From: Phoronis australis
Taxonomy: Eukaryota > Animalia > Phoronida
Assembly (NCBI GenBank): GCA_002633005.1
Contig: NMRA01000420.1
Span: forward strand, 208,318-272,317
Direction: 5' to 3'
DNA length: 64,000 nt
The position numbers and the translations under genes are program-made. Of this stretch, positions 38,192 to 51,235 are shown in pieces (position 1 is the stretch's first letter; each line of letters starts with the position of its first letter). A model generated the notes under the pieces. That model searched no databases and was not told the DNA's origin. It saw only the letters and a program-made list of their open reading frames with translations.

Positions 38192-40779
38192 GATACGCTG
38201 TAAAATGTAACAATTTCGTAAAATGTAACAACTGTTAATTTTATGTCATTGTTACTAAAATTTGCTACATTTTATGTAATTGTTACAATTTACGTGGAAT
38301 GCACATGCAGAGATGTACCATTCACAGTTACATTTTACGAAAGGGACGTCATATTTCGTGATTTTGCATGGTATTTGTCACACGCAGAAAAACGGTTCAT
38401 ATACTTAACGCCTTCTTTCTCGGATTTCATGAGTGAAATTTTATCAAATGTGCCAGCTCGAATTTATAAATGTGTCCCTATGTGTTTTCCATTGCTTTTA
38501 TTAAAATGAGTAGTTTCTTGGTATAGTTAAAAATGTACCCCGTACAGTTTCAACTCCACTAGGCGAAAGGAGTTTCCAGGATCAGGTAACACGTTTTTAT
38601 TGTTAAAGCGTGCTTGCAATCTTTTGTTGGCGCTCACAGGTCACACCCAATTGTGTGTCCGGCATTACAGTAAACACACTTCTGTACCCAGTAAACACAA
38701 CTGAAACAATGTCATCGTATTCTAATATTTATGGTATTTCTTTAGAAACAAACGTTAAAAACATTTTTTTTTCACGGAGAATTCAATTTCGGAAGTCAAT
38801 TTGATAGAAAAATTACCCGTTTTAGTCCACGATAGTTTGATTTATTTCAGTCAGTGTTTTATTGCCTCGGTGTCGTTGCTAATGCTCCACACAAAAGGGA
38901 CAAGACCAAAGTTTCTGATGGCGACGGGTTCTGTCTACCACCTTAGTTACGAATGACAATTTCTTAAAGACGTGGTGGAAGGAAATAAAAGCACGGCGCT
39001 GCGGTCAAGTTGACAGATTTTGCCAGTGCAAAAGCAAAAGATCGCCTTTGAGAAGGGAGAGCCAATACTTTAAAAAAGTGGCGGCATAGTAACGTGCTTT
39101 AAACAGGTAAAAGCTGAAAGAAATACTTGTTCGTATGATGCCAAACCTGTCTGAAATGGTGGTAAAAGCTGATCACACCGTGACGTGTATACGTAAAAAT
39201 GGGAGGGGAAGATGGGAAATAGAAAGAAAATATTTTGCCACTTTGAAAGGACTCGAACATTTTGCTCATACCGGGTCTAGGTCGATAGTTTGAATGGGCA
39301 ATGGTCCGAAAAAAGCTGACTGTCGGCCTTTCGGACAACAAAAACATGCACTTTCCCTTTCTATTATCTTAAGATAAAAAATCAATTATAATTGCTACTT
39401 GGTCAATGTTCGTGCTGACTTCGACGTTAGCCGTTTTTATTCCTTACAACCCACTTTCATTGAAACCTAGTTCAAATCACTCGGTTAAATCACTGAATAT
39501 TGGAGCGCGTTTCGCATAAAATTGTTGCGCGTTTTGTATGTCCTTTACAAGCTATTCTAATGACCCGATGACCGCCGACTAGTCGCCAGTTCAACTTGAA
39601 GCAATTTTTGAACTTGCATCGAGGAACGAGCCCCAGTTCTTTGAAAAGGAACGTTTTCAACAATAGGCAAAAATGATAACACGGTGGGTATCCTCACGTT
39701 TAGATGTAAGTCGCAAGTAAAAGATTACAGTCTGAATTCAGTTCTTCATGACAAACTTTAGACGGATACAGTTATATTTACAAACAATACCGTGCTTGCT
39801 GACAGATCAGAAATAATCAGTTTTTGAAATGGCGCACGTCTAAACAAGAATTTTAATCTGAACCTCCTCGTTTCCAAAAAGTAGGCCTACTCTGCATCCA
39901 CAGCTGTCATGACTTTTCTCACAATATCGTTAAGGCTGAACATAGGAACCCTTTAAGCACTCGCTGTCCATTATGGAAATCCCGATGACGACATTGAACC
40001 ATAAATGAGATGATTTTAAAACCATGATGTTTTAGCACTTTGCTAAGAAATGTATTATTTACATTGCATTGTGTCCCTGCTAAATAAATTTAGAAATAAT
40101 AATAATAACAATAATAATAATAACAACAGTGATAACGATATCGATAACGTGTAATAGTAGTTAAAGTGGTGAAAGTAGTAATAGCAGTAACAGTAGTACT
40201 GATAATAATAGCAGTAATGGTAATGTAATAGTAATAAAATGACAATGGGTAGCTAGCTTTATGCCGAGTCAGCCGGGAGGGCATTCTTATAAAAGAGGTA
40301 TACGAAAAAATGCTGCCCAAAAGGGTGTTTTTTTCACAGCAAAAATACTCAGTCTCCAAGATGGTGCCATTTTCAACAAAATGTTATCTAAAAGGGTGCC
40401 TATTCTGAATTTCTGGTACAGAACTGTTCGAAAATATGAATTTTTACACAAAATTAGTCTCTAAATGGGTCACTTTTTGTCCGAGCCCATTCCGGGTAGG
40501 AATTCAAATTTTTCGGGCGGCACCCCTCGTCCAAAAATGCTCGAGTATCCCCCTGCCGTGTCAGATACCACTTGTCCTTGGTTTTGGTAGTTTTCTTTGT
40601 AATATGACGTTGGTTTCGTAAAACGTAACAATGGTACATTTCTCGCATGTGCATTCGACGTAAAATGTAACAACTACGTTTAATGTATCAACTCGTTACA
40701 TTTTAGGAGAGGCTTAGACAATGACATAAAACGCAACAGATATTACGTTTTACGAGATTGTTACATTTTACGGCATATC
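38192..40779. mobile_element. ~2.6-kb non-autonomous TIR element, copy 2
   Basis: TIR GATACGCTGTAAAATGTAACAATTTCGTAAAA / TTTTACGAGATTGTTACATTTTACGGCATATC; flanks AATGCTCT and CATGCTCT (8-bp TSD, one mismatch). Confidence 0.8.
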
Positions 40780-41154
40780 CATGCTCTCTTTTGCACACGT
40801 TTCCCAAGCTACCTCTGGTTGATCCTCAAGCCAGTTCTTGGCGCTTTTCTTACCTAAAGGGTATAGAGTGCTAAACTTGGATCAACAAAGCCGTTCGCCA
40901 CAATAGCGACAAGAGCAACACAGAGCGTTGAAATGCGCCCACAATTGCACCGTATACGGTATCCTTCTATGGTTGTTTATTGGTACCATAAAGTGGCCAG
41001 TAGAGGGCATATATGTAGTATGTTGTACTTTGCAAAATGGAAAGGTATGATCATTGTCTCCTCAATAGGCTAGGGACAAAATGTGAGTGATCTTCATAAT
41101 ACAAGCACATCCTATACATCAGTTGCTTAAACCACCACAGAAACATAGAATTAA

Positions 41155-42446
41155 AAACAAATTTACCAACATACGAGATTAGTACAGCATTAGAATGCCA
41201 GAAACAAATTTCTACTTGGAACTTTTCCTTCATAGTCACGAAGTAACACAAAGTATACACCTGAAGACCTATGAAAATACAGATGTCAATGTAAAATACT
41301 AAAATTGCCACTAGAGGCATACCGGTAGTCAGAATCATCCTAAAGTCGTCATCGTCCGTTGTCAACATCACATCAATACACTTGCTAAATTTAGTAAAGA
41401 TCCTACAAACGGTTTGGGAGATACAGCCATGGGCGCAAAAAAAAAAAACTGCCACTAGGAGGCGCCACAGTAGTCCAAATCATCTGAAAATCATTGTCAG
41501 CTGTCTTCCTTATAGTAAGCACATACACGCCAATTTTCACAATCATCCTTTGAGCGGTTTGGTTGATAGAGGGGTGGACTCGAAAACACTAAAAATGGCC
41601 ACTAGGTGGCGCAAACTATGTCGAATCCATCTGACAACGGGATGATAGCGTCATCTCACTAATAGGTGCCTACACTCATACCAAATTTCATGAAAATCCG
41701 TTCAGGACTTTTGAAGATGACAAAGGTAAGCGTAAAAAACTAAAATTGCCACTAGGGGGCACACCGGTAGTCGGATCCGTCCAAAAGTCGTCATCTTCCG
41801 TTGTTAACATCATATTAACATACTTACACAATTTCGTAAAGATCCTGCGAACGGTTTAGGAGATACAGCCATAGGCGCAAAAAAAAAACAAAAGTGCCAC
41901 TAGGAGACGCCACAGTAGTCGAAATCGTCGGAAAATCATCGTCAACCGTCCTCTACATAGTAAGTATATACATGCCAATTTTCACAATCATCCTTTGAGC
42001 GGTTTGGTTGATAGAGAGGTGGACTCGAAAACACTAAAAATGGCCACTAGGTGGCGCAAACTATGTCGAATCCATCTGAAAACGGGAGGATAGCGTCATC
42101 TCACTACGAATAGGTGTCTACATACCAAATTTCAGTCATGAAAATCCGTTCAGGACTTTTGAAGATACAAACATGGGTAAGCGTAAAAAACTAAAATTAC
42201 CACTAGGGGGCACACCGGTAGTCGGATCCGTCCGAAAGTTCGCACACGCCGTCCCATTCATGAATGGAACATATGTGCCAAATTTCATGAACGTATGTCA
42301 AAGGGTTTCGGAGATAAAGCAGCGGACGCCGGACGTCGGACGGACTCCGCCCGGACGGACGGACGGACGGCCGGCCGGCCGGCCGGACGGACGGACGGAG
42401 ATGACGGCATAATGCGTCCACATATAAATATGTGGGCGCATAAAAA
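41155..42446 (-). mobile_element. Helentron-associated (HINE/DINE-1-like) non-autonomous element with internal tandem repeats
   Basis: Terminal stem-loop ATGCGTCCACAT-ATAAAT-ATGTGGGCGCAT next to an A run; adjacent (GGAC)n microsatellite; seven ~147-bp units marked by AAAA.TGCCACTAG. Left boundary approximate. Confidence 0.7.
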
Positions 42447-44010
42447 TGTGCTAGCTTCAAGTAAAATGTAGGTACCAGCATCACCACTGAGGGATCGTAG
42501 AAGTACAGAAATTCATGGCCTTAATAGGTAAACGCTCTTATTGGCGGTAGTCTGTTCTCGCGTCAGACGTCAGTTGGTGTAAAAGATGTCCCAGGCTCAT
42601 GGCCGGCAGTGAGGAAAGCACATGTGTGTACACTATCCTGCATCCATCTGCAGATGAAGCCATAAACACCATTTTGAGTCTAAACACGGTAAACACGCGA
42701 ATTTTTTATCGGGTCAGGATCTTCCCGGCTGAAGGTGTCTGGCATGAGGAAAGAAGTGCCTAACAATCTTATTGTATAATTTCGCGATTTTTAATATGAA
42801 GCCGGTTATATTGGATTTTTGTGCTTTGGCCTCACTGCCTTGAGCCTGGATCGGCATCTTTTACATCAACTGACGCCTGACGCGAGATCAGCCTGCCGCC
42901 AATTAGAGCATTTAAAAAATTGTCTCGGCGAGGAAAATTTGCTGCAAGATACTCCAAATTCAGAATATAGGTACTATAAGCACATTTTATCTATAAAAAA
43001 GCTGCAGTCGGGGACAAAAACTCGTTTTCGGTTATTGGCTTGTGAGCAACAGGAAGATTCGTCAATTTTGGTCGCCCGACTTTGCGGCCGTGACTGAAAA
43101 TTTGTCGCAAAAACTTATTAGAACTTGAGTACTCCACCTGATAAGAATGACCCAGTATTTGACAAACTCTTATGGCGTAAGACCCCATAAAGAAATCAAA
43201 TTTGGTGGTATAGAAAATCTTACAGTGCAAGGTTCCCACAGGCTCTGGGTAATAAGAGACCAAATAACTTGAAAATGTTGGGAACTGAACGGCATGAACA
43301 GAAACACAGGGCAGCATTAACAGCGTAAGTTCTTTTTTCTCTTAAACATTATTACGTTCGCACGACCTCAGTTCTTTTGTAAACTCTAACGTCACAATTC
43401 TTTTCGTTACAATATGGACAGTCATGTACCTAGAACAAGGTGCCCGGTTGATTTTTTCAGTATTCACCATAAAAAGGAAGACAAGACAATATACTTCAAC
43501 ACTAGCAGACCAGCACTTTGTGTCTCTCTTGATGTGAAAAGTGGGGTTATGCGGTTCATGAGAACAGAATTACACGCGCGCAGTTGGCAAGGAAAGATCT
43601 GGGTTAATGAGAAAGGTACACGTGCACGCTGTTAAAGAGACGGTGTGAGGAATCAGCGGAGAAAGCTGTCTACTTTGTCAACCCTCACTGAGTAACTGAC
43701 AGGACGTAGTAATTATAGACTTCAACGAACAGATTTTTTTACTACCAACTAACTGTGTTTGACACTGCCTAAAGTAACGATATTGTCACCTAGAAGTTTA
43801 CCATATCGTGAAAATAAAGCAGTGTTGTTACCATTTTGTCCATACCTTTCAGTTCATTTGTTTGTGAGGAATCGTCAGTTGTTATTACCACAGGAACACC
43901 CAGCCCTCCACGGGGCTTATAAGTCACTTTAGATACATGATACAAGAAAGAAAAGACAAGTGTACACGCATTGCAAAAGGACCAGAAAAAGAAGGCCGGG
44001 ATAAAAGTGA

Positions 44011-44817
44011 TCATAAATAAATATGATATTTTCTTATTTCAAAAATATTTTTGATGAAAACTGAAGTTTTTCTAATAACATCTTTTTGCATGATTGTAAT
44101 TAATTTACTTTCATAGCTTTCTGCACGGAATCGTGGATATTTAATCTCAACTTGACAGTAAAAGGTGTTTCTGGCCTCTAAGAAAAGCGCCGGACACTCA
44201 AATAGAAAATGTAGTTCAGTTTCCATAACGCGAAGTTGTCGTGAGGACTCGATTGGGACCTCAGGGGTCTCACGCTCCACCGGCTAAATTGAAAAGGCTT
44301 TGTCCAGTCACGCGTTGTGGGTCATAAATCGAGATAATGATACCAACAGCTGACGCGACAAGCAGACCTACTTTCTTTTACTTCATTTGTGCACTAACTG
44401 GAGAAATTTAGAATTAGACTTTTAAACACTATCCGATCGTCAACNNNNNNNNNNNNNNNNNNNNNNNNNNNNNNNNNNNNNNNNNNNNNNNNNNNNNNNN
44501 NNNNNNNNNNNNNNNNNNNNNNNNNNNNNNNNNNNNNNNNNNNNNNNNNNNNNNNNNNNNNNNNNNNNNNNNNNNNNNNNNNNNNNNNNNNNNNNNNNNN
44601 NNNNNNNNNNNNNNNNNNNNNNNNNNNNNNNNNNNNNNNNNNNNNNNNNNNNNNNNNNNNNNNNNNNNNNNNNNNNNNNNNAGACATTCTTCATCAAAAC
44701 ATAGGTTCTTAACTTTGGTTTCGAACGGCTTTCAAACAACCACCTATTGCAGTGGCGGCGTACAAAACGCCTAAAAGGCGTAACCATACGTAAAATGTTG
44801 GACGGTTTGAGGGACAT
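44011..44817 (-). mobile_element. 3' remnant of a non-LTR retrotransposon (RTE-X/CR1-like C-terminus), spanning an N gap
   Basis: SKPKLRTY and ETELHFLFECP...R motifs typical of the LINE post-RT zinc-knuckle region. Confidence 0.55.
44445..44681. other. Assembly gap
   Basis: Run of N. Confidence 1.
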
Positions 44818-44939
44818 GTTTGAACTTGAGATATTCTTCCTGCTTTCAGTTCACATTGACTCTCATGAACTTGACTTGTAATTGTTGCTAGACAAGCACC
44901 CTACTTCGCAATTTTTTTTTTGCTTTCAGCTGGGTTTGC

Positions 44940-45154
44940 GGTTCAGCTCTATTAATGGTCTCTTCACCAGTGTCCATATACCAGGACACTGTACTGGCAT
45001 CTCATTCAACGTCAAGGCGGATGAGCTTGCAGGCATCGCAGAACCGATTGCCGACCTGCTCCTCACACCAGCAGATGTAATATCCAGAGTGCTTACTGAT
45101 GCCGAGATTGTACAACAGCAGGAGAGATGGGCAACAAAGCGCCTCACAGAGTGA
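44940..45154 (+). mobile_element. Retroelement RNase H remnant
   Basis: HIPGHCTGISFNVKADELA resembles the RNase HI motif W.PGH.GI.GNE.AD.LA. Confidence 0.45.
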
Positions 45155-46960
45155 GGATGGCAATACGGAGATGCAGCAAAAACTCGTATCAAGGGAAAAG
45201 ATCGAAGAGTGTGTAACCAGCACGAACTTGGTTGCATCTCCAAATTTACATTGCGTGTGATACTGGAAGGAGGAGGGCCAGAGACTATCCCGGTGCCTAC
45301 CCTTTGACGTCACCACAGAAGCAGAAACAGAAACGGATTGTAATGTCGAATTTTTCAGTGACTCCCTAATCATAAGCTCTATTAGCCGGATCCGCCTGCG
45401 ATTTCAATATTTAATGAATACAGAGAAGTCTTAGACACTGACTTCATTTGGTCCCCAAAGTGACCCTCCGCGCGCTGTCGGCATCGTCTTGAGCGAATAA
45501 AATGATTTTCCTGGCAGTTTGTCATTCTTAAAAACATCAACATGCATATTTTAAAATTAATTGTTCATCTCAAAAGTTTGGGATTAGTTTTTAAAATTAA
45601 TTATTGTCAATAAGTATCTACGATCTTCTATAGACAAACGAGTGATGTAAAACTTATATCAAAATGTACGATGACCTAGTAATTTATTTTGCATTTAAGT
45701 AAATCGTTATTGTTATCACTTTTGATTGGTTTTGAAATTGTTTTGTATAAATATACCTGGAGAAAATTTTACGATGTGTTCACAAAGTTTTCAATTGTCT
45801 CCACAAAAGACGTCTATTTTAGTATACAAAAGAAAGTTTGATAAAATTAGGCAGTCTTACGACTATGACTATGAAGAGTGCCACGTGACATGTAGGCTAT
45901 TTCCCAGAACGAAACGAACATAAACAAATACGCAAATACATCGGCCGAAATTTAATAGATGGTACAAGAGTTCCGGCTGGGGAACGAACTGATCGAGTAA
46001 GGCCAAAAGACGGAAGAAATTGGAATATTATTGACAGTACTTTGACGGATCGATCAATAACTCGTTGATTTTGATTAGTGAACTAGTAAACGATCCAAGA
46101 AAATGCTGATTGCAAGCCAGTTCGCGTCCAGTCTAAGTGCAGAGCATTCCAGCCAGTCTTCAATCTACGATCCATTTGGTACAGTATGTCTTACAAGTTC
46201 CCTTTCTCGTCTGTCGTCTCCCTCGCTTTTACGGTGTCCAACAACGTAGTCGCCACATATCGTGCTGTCAACGGTGAACACAGTGACCACCGGTCTCTAG
46301 CTGGCTCTAGTAGAGACACTAAAGCTCCTAATAGGCGCGAGTTACGCCGCACACTGCGACCGCTCCTATTCACAACCGCGCCCGCCAGCCGGAGCGTGCG
46401 CAATGTGGCCAGTTGCCGATTTGGGCAACTTAACGAAGGACTGCTCGAAGAAAAAGTTTGATTACGGGAGTATTTGTTCGAAGCGGAAGAAATTAAAGAC
46501 ATCGACGGCGTCCTAAGGTGTCCCTTATCTGTGCGCAAAAGGTTCTTGTAACAATGTGACTAATGGCTTGCAGCGGCTCTTGAGGCCGGAGCCTCGTCTC
46601 TACTGCATGGGGCCAGCTAGAGACGGTGGTCACTGACAATGAATGGCAACGTGATGTTTCACTTCAATATGAGTTCAGTGACGAGACAACGATTAAAATT
46701 TCTGGCGGCCGCGATTACGGTTAAGTGCGCATTACAGCAGAACATGCCGGATTTTCACAAAACCTCCCGTTTGGTTCAACCATGGCTATCGATATGTACA
46801 GCGCAGGCGTTTCACGAAGCTGATCCAATCAATCCTGTTAGTCTCTGACATCATCACCCGACCAGTGCTGGCCACTATAGTAATCTACCACGGTCCCGAC
46901 CGATACTTGAAGAGTGGTACTGTAGGCTAACTTTAATCGCATTCTATCGGGTAAAAAAAT

Positions 46961-47189
46961 CATGCGTGCACCCGGGGGGGCCGGGGGGGCTCATTTGGCG
47001 AAGTGGGCAAAAGCGCCCGTGAGAGACAAAATGTCCGAGGAAATGGGACAAAAGTCCAGTAAATAGGCGCAAACGCGCAATTCACAGTGGTGCTCTCGTT
47101 TTTTTTAGTCTGTCCGCTCTTTTGTTAGCAAAAAGTCCATAACGCCAGGAATTCGAGCCCCCCCATTTTGAAGGCAGGGTGCGCGCATC
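46961..47189. mobile_element. MITE with CATGCG.GCACCC TIR (related copy at ~47850-47930)
   Basis: CATGCGTGCACCC / GGGTGCGCGCATC; AAAAT on both flanks. Confidence 0.65.
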
Positions 47190-49522
47190 AAAATTACCCC
47201 CAAAAACTTTCCACGAGACTAAATCCAATTTCAGAAGCCAGAGTGAGCCATCAGTTTCTGTCACAACGTATCCAGCATAGGCCTATAAGTTAGCCACACC
47301 GCGCGGGTGGCGCGCGTTGCTCTACTGCAGACTCCAGACAGACCAGCACGGGCGTTTGACGGCAGCGGTTCTTCAATCAATGAACTTTTTGACAACTTGT
47401 ATTGGGTACGTGCTGCGGTGAACGTGAGCCTGGCCCGTCCGCCGTCACCAGCGGCGGATCTAGGATACCATAACGGGGGGCCAACATGTTGCCTCGGGTG
47501 AATTGGGCAAAGCGCGGCTGCAAACGCGCAGGCGGTCCGAAATTGTCAGGGGGCGGGTCCCGGGGATGTGGACCTTTTGTTCAGGAAATCTATCGGTGGA
47601 CTAAAAAAAAACACTAACTGGCCCGATTCCTTCCGAGGCACCCCCCATATGCCTCGTCCGCTACCACGGGGGTCCTGCTTACTGAACTCAATATTTCCTC
47701 ACGCTTCACGCTGCTGTTGGTTCAGTCGTTTTGCTTCCGGTAGCCAAGGGGGGAATTCGAATTAATCAACTGATTGCAAGTTAATTGTCGAAACGAATCG
47801 TTATCTTTGCTTTTGAAAAATCGTTAAGGACCTTATCGTAGGCCTATATGATGCGCGCACCCATGCAGTGGGGNGGGGGGGGGGGGGGAGCTCGTTCGAG
47901 CCCTTCGAGTTCCTCCTGGGTGCGCGCAATGGCAAAATATTAAGTTGGAACTGAAAATTTGGCGGGAATCCGACTTGTCAATTGTAAACAGACCAGAACC
48001 AATTAAAATGGCAAAAACGATGCTTCGGCAATTGCTCGATGATTAAGCACTATAGCAAAAAATAAACGTGTATTACGTGTTCGTCTCTTGGCCCCACGCT
48101 TACGCCTCCAGGCACGTGCTATTTAAGTTTGAACGCCGGCGCCTGCCATATCCCATGCACCCTCTACCGAGAAAGATTCTTCACCTGTTGACTCCTGGGG
48201 ATGTAAATGTAACAGCATTGACACCAAATGGCCAATGAGAGCTGCTGTAACATACACTATTGCTACTGCATTGGCTGAATGATTATTCATTTAATTTCTT
48301 GACTACCTGTAAAGAATTTTTTAGCAACATTACACGTTTCTGTTTTCATCCACGAGTTAGGCTGTGAGATTTCTCCCTAACAGAAAACATTTTATTGTTA
48401 TCAGTGCCCAGGGCGGAAAAAAGAATGTCTGTCTTCATGCAGCAATATGATTTCTGATGGCGCTCTCTTTTCTCAAAATGAGAGTGTCAATTTATCCACA
48501 TTTCACATAGGACAGCGACGTGTGATGGGATCTGGCGAAATGAATCAAGAGGTAACATATCTAAGTCCATTTCTAGTATAGTTTCCCTTCGTTTCTTGTT
48601 GCCACTGTGCAGTAATTGTGGAATTTTCCGTCCTTGGATTCCAATGTTGTTGTTGTGTTTTGACATCGTGCTCAGTTGTGCAACAAAACCGCACGACCCA
48701 CAGAAAGTCAGTCTTGTTTTTACACTGACTTTCTCTGGAAAAATTTTTTGATTGAAATCTTTTCCTTATCCTTGATGGAATCATATCCTGTGTTTTTTAT
48801 CGTCATTTTGCTTCCATTTTCTCAAAAGCTGCTTTTGTTGTGATATTCTATTTTTAGCTCTCAGCTGTTCAGCCAAAATGGCGACCCAAAGGCTAAGTTT
48901 TATAGTAAAATTTCCTTGTTTAATTATCGTGATCTTTCATGCTTGTGTGGTTGACGACCAGTAAAACGTTAGTAGCGCCTATATACTTGTCAAAATTTTA
49001 CACTCCTCAAGAGAAGTGATAAACTGTCGTTGGTTTCGTTTATTTGAAGTGCCCTCTTTTGGCAGTATCAATGTTCCCGAACGGAGTAGCATTGATATTA
49101 CAGTTCCAGAAAGTAAAAACAGAAATAAACCCACCACTTTCAAGAAAAAATGATTTGTACCTCTGTGTCCATTATTTCAAATTTTGTCCTAGCTTTGATG
49201 TACAACTTTGCTCTGATGTGGGTACCAAATAGCCAGCCAGCTAGCTGTATGAAGACTATTGTCAAAATACAAGCTAGGTACCACTGTGTTAATCTTCCTT
49301 AAACCCCGAAATTGGACGCAGCCAGGGTTGTTCTGCTCGTCACTTCGCCGTGAAACCTGTATCAACGTCTAGAGCCAAAGACAGGACGGGCAGCATGCAA
49401 AATCTGGGAATCAAACGACACTCACCTTGCCCGTTACAGCCATTTAAGTGGAAAACAATCTAATAAATGTCATTTTCTTGCGTAATTCTCTGCCTTTTCT
49501 AAGAAAGAAATGTTATGTCATC

Positions 49523-49597
49523 GCTTTGAAAACAATACGCTCGTGACACACTTATGCGCGCTTTGAAAACAATACGCTCGTGACACACTTATGCGCC
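49523..49597. repeat. Perfect ~37-bp tandem duplication
   Basis: GCTTTGAAAACAATACGCTCGTGACACACTTATGCGC occurs twice. Confidence 0.85.
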
Positions 49598-50880
49598 ATT
49601 TCCTAAATTTTTGTGACATCTCTCGGGAGATAATGATAGCTTGGCAGCAGCAAAATTTCTTCTGAAATTCAGTTTGCTGGTATCAAAATTTTAAAATTTT
49701 ATATAGGGAAACCAGTTCCGATAATTTGTTATGACGTGTACGCAACTTCATGAAAGAACAACAGTTGATTGAAGAAGCGGCAAAAAAGAAACTGGCCAAT
49801 AGGTGACACAATATTTCATGGCGCTGAAAGCCGACGCAGAAGATCGCTCCACAACTTTAACAGCAGAATAACAGTAGAAAGCCAATTTTTCCAAAACCAG
49901 AAAATAATTATATTTACTCAAATAAATGTGTAGTTTTTAATGACACTAATTTTGTGTCATATTTTATGTGGTCAGTTTTTTTGCCCACATTGGCGCAAAG
50001 CTGTATATTTAGTATACAGCTTTGTACCAAGGCTAGGTACAAGACTGATCTAATAAAGTCTGAGTAAAACTAAAAACCATCAAAAATTGCACTCTTGAGT
50101 AAATTAAATTAGTTACCAGTGCAAAAATTTCTGTTGTGCCATAATTCTGCTGCAAAAAAGTGGTCCAATAAGATGTATCGATGTTCAGCACCATGAAATA
50201 GAGCGTATCCTGTAAGCCAATTTCTTTTTTGACAATTCTTCAATCAACGTTGCGTACAAGTCATAACATCTTACTGGAAATAGTCTTAGTTCTTAATATT
50301 TTATTAAAGCAAACCACATTTCTGAGGAAATTTGCTTTGGCAAGCATTTTTAATGGGTCTTGTGGGTGAATAGTGTAAATAAAATTGAATGTTTGTTCTG
50401 TTATCTAAAACATGGTATAACCTTCAGAATATTTTGACATCTGTAATTGGCACATAATGGTTTTATGTATTGACATTCATATTGTGTTTTGTACGTTTTG
50501 CTGACTAATGTCTGGAGATTGAAGTTTATTTTTGAAATCTCAAGGGACCTATGGAAATATTATTATCTCCGTACGAGTTATAATAAATCTTCTAAAAAGT
50601 TAAAGGGTATTGACCTATGACTTTTGCAGAACTTTCTTCATGTTAAACTCTGTTTGCCCCACCTGGCTGTTGGTATGGTCTCATAAAATAAACACTCGTG
50701 TACTGAGGCAGTACACAGAATTCAGATTTGTAATAATCCTGGAATTTTGCACGATTGATTGATACTAGAAATACTTAGTGAATGTTCCAATTCAATTGAT
50801 CACTTATTAGTTATTTAAATGGTAAGCATAGGATGGAAATTCTAAAAAATGAACGGCTATTTTTTGCTTTCATCCAACTC

Positions 50881-51235
50881 TGTGGTGTGTCCCCATGCAT
50901 AAGGTGGACCTGTTTGTCTCTTCTGAACACTGTGGTGTGTTGCCTTGCATAAGGTGGACTTGTTTGTCTCTTCTGAACACTGAATAATGTGTTGCCTTGC
51001 ATAAGGTGGACCTGTTTGTCTCTTCTCAACACTGAATAATGTGTTGCCTTGCATAAGGTGGACCTGTTTGTCTCTTCTGAACACTGTGGTGTGTTGCCTT
51101 GCATAAAGTGGACCTGTTTGTCTCTTCTGAACACTGAATAATGTAATGCCTTGCATAAGGTGGACCTGTTTGTCTCTTCTGAACACTGTGGTGTGTTGCC
51201 TTGCATAAGGTGGACCTGTTTGTCTCTTGTGAACT
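50881..51235. repeat. ~50-52-bp minisatellite, about 7 units
   Basis: TGTGTTGCCTTGCATAAGGTGGACCTGTTTGTCTCTTCTGAACAC units in two alternating variants. Confidence 0.9.

Noticed and set aside
45950-46900. GC-richer stretch with overlapping ORFs (46186 +, 46191 -)
   Set aside because: No recognisable domain or consistent splice structure; possibly a decayed element.
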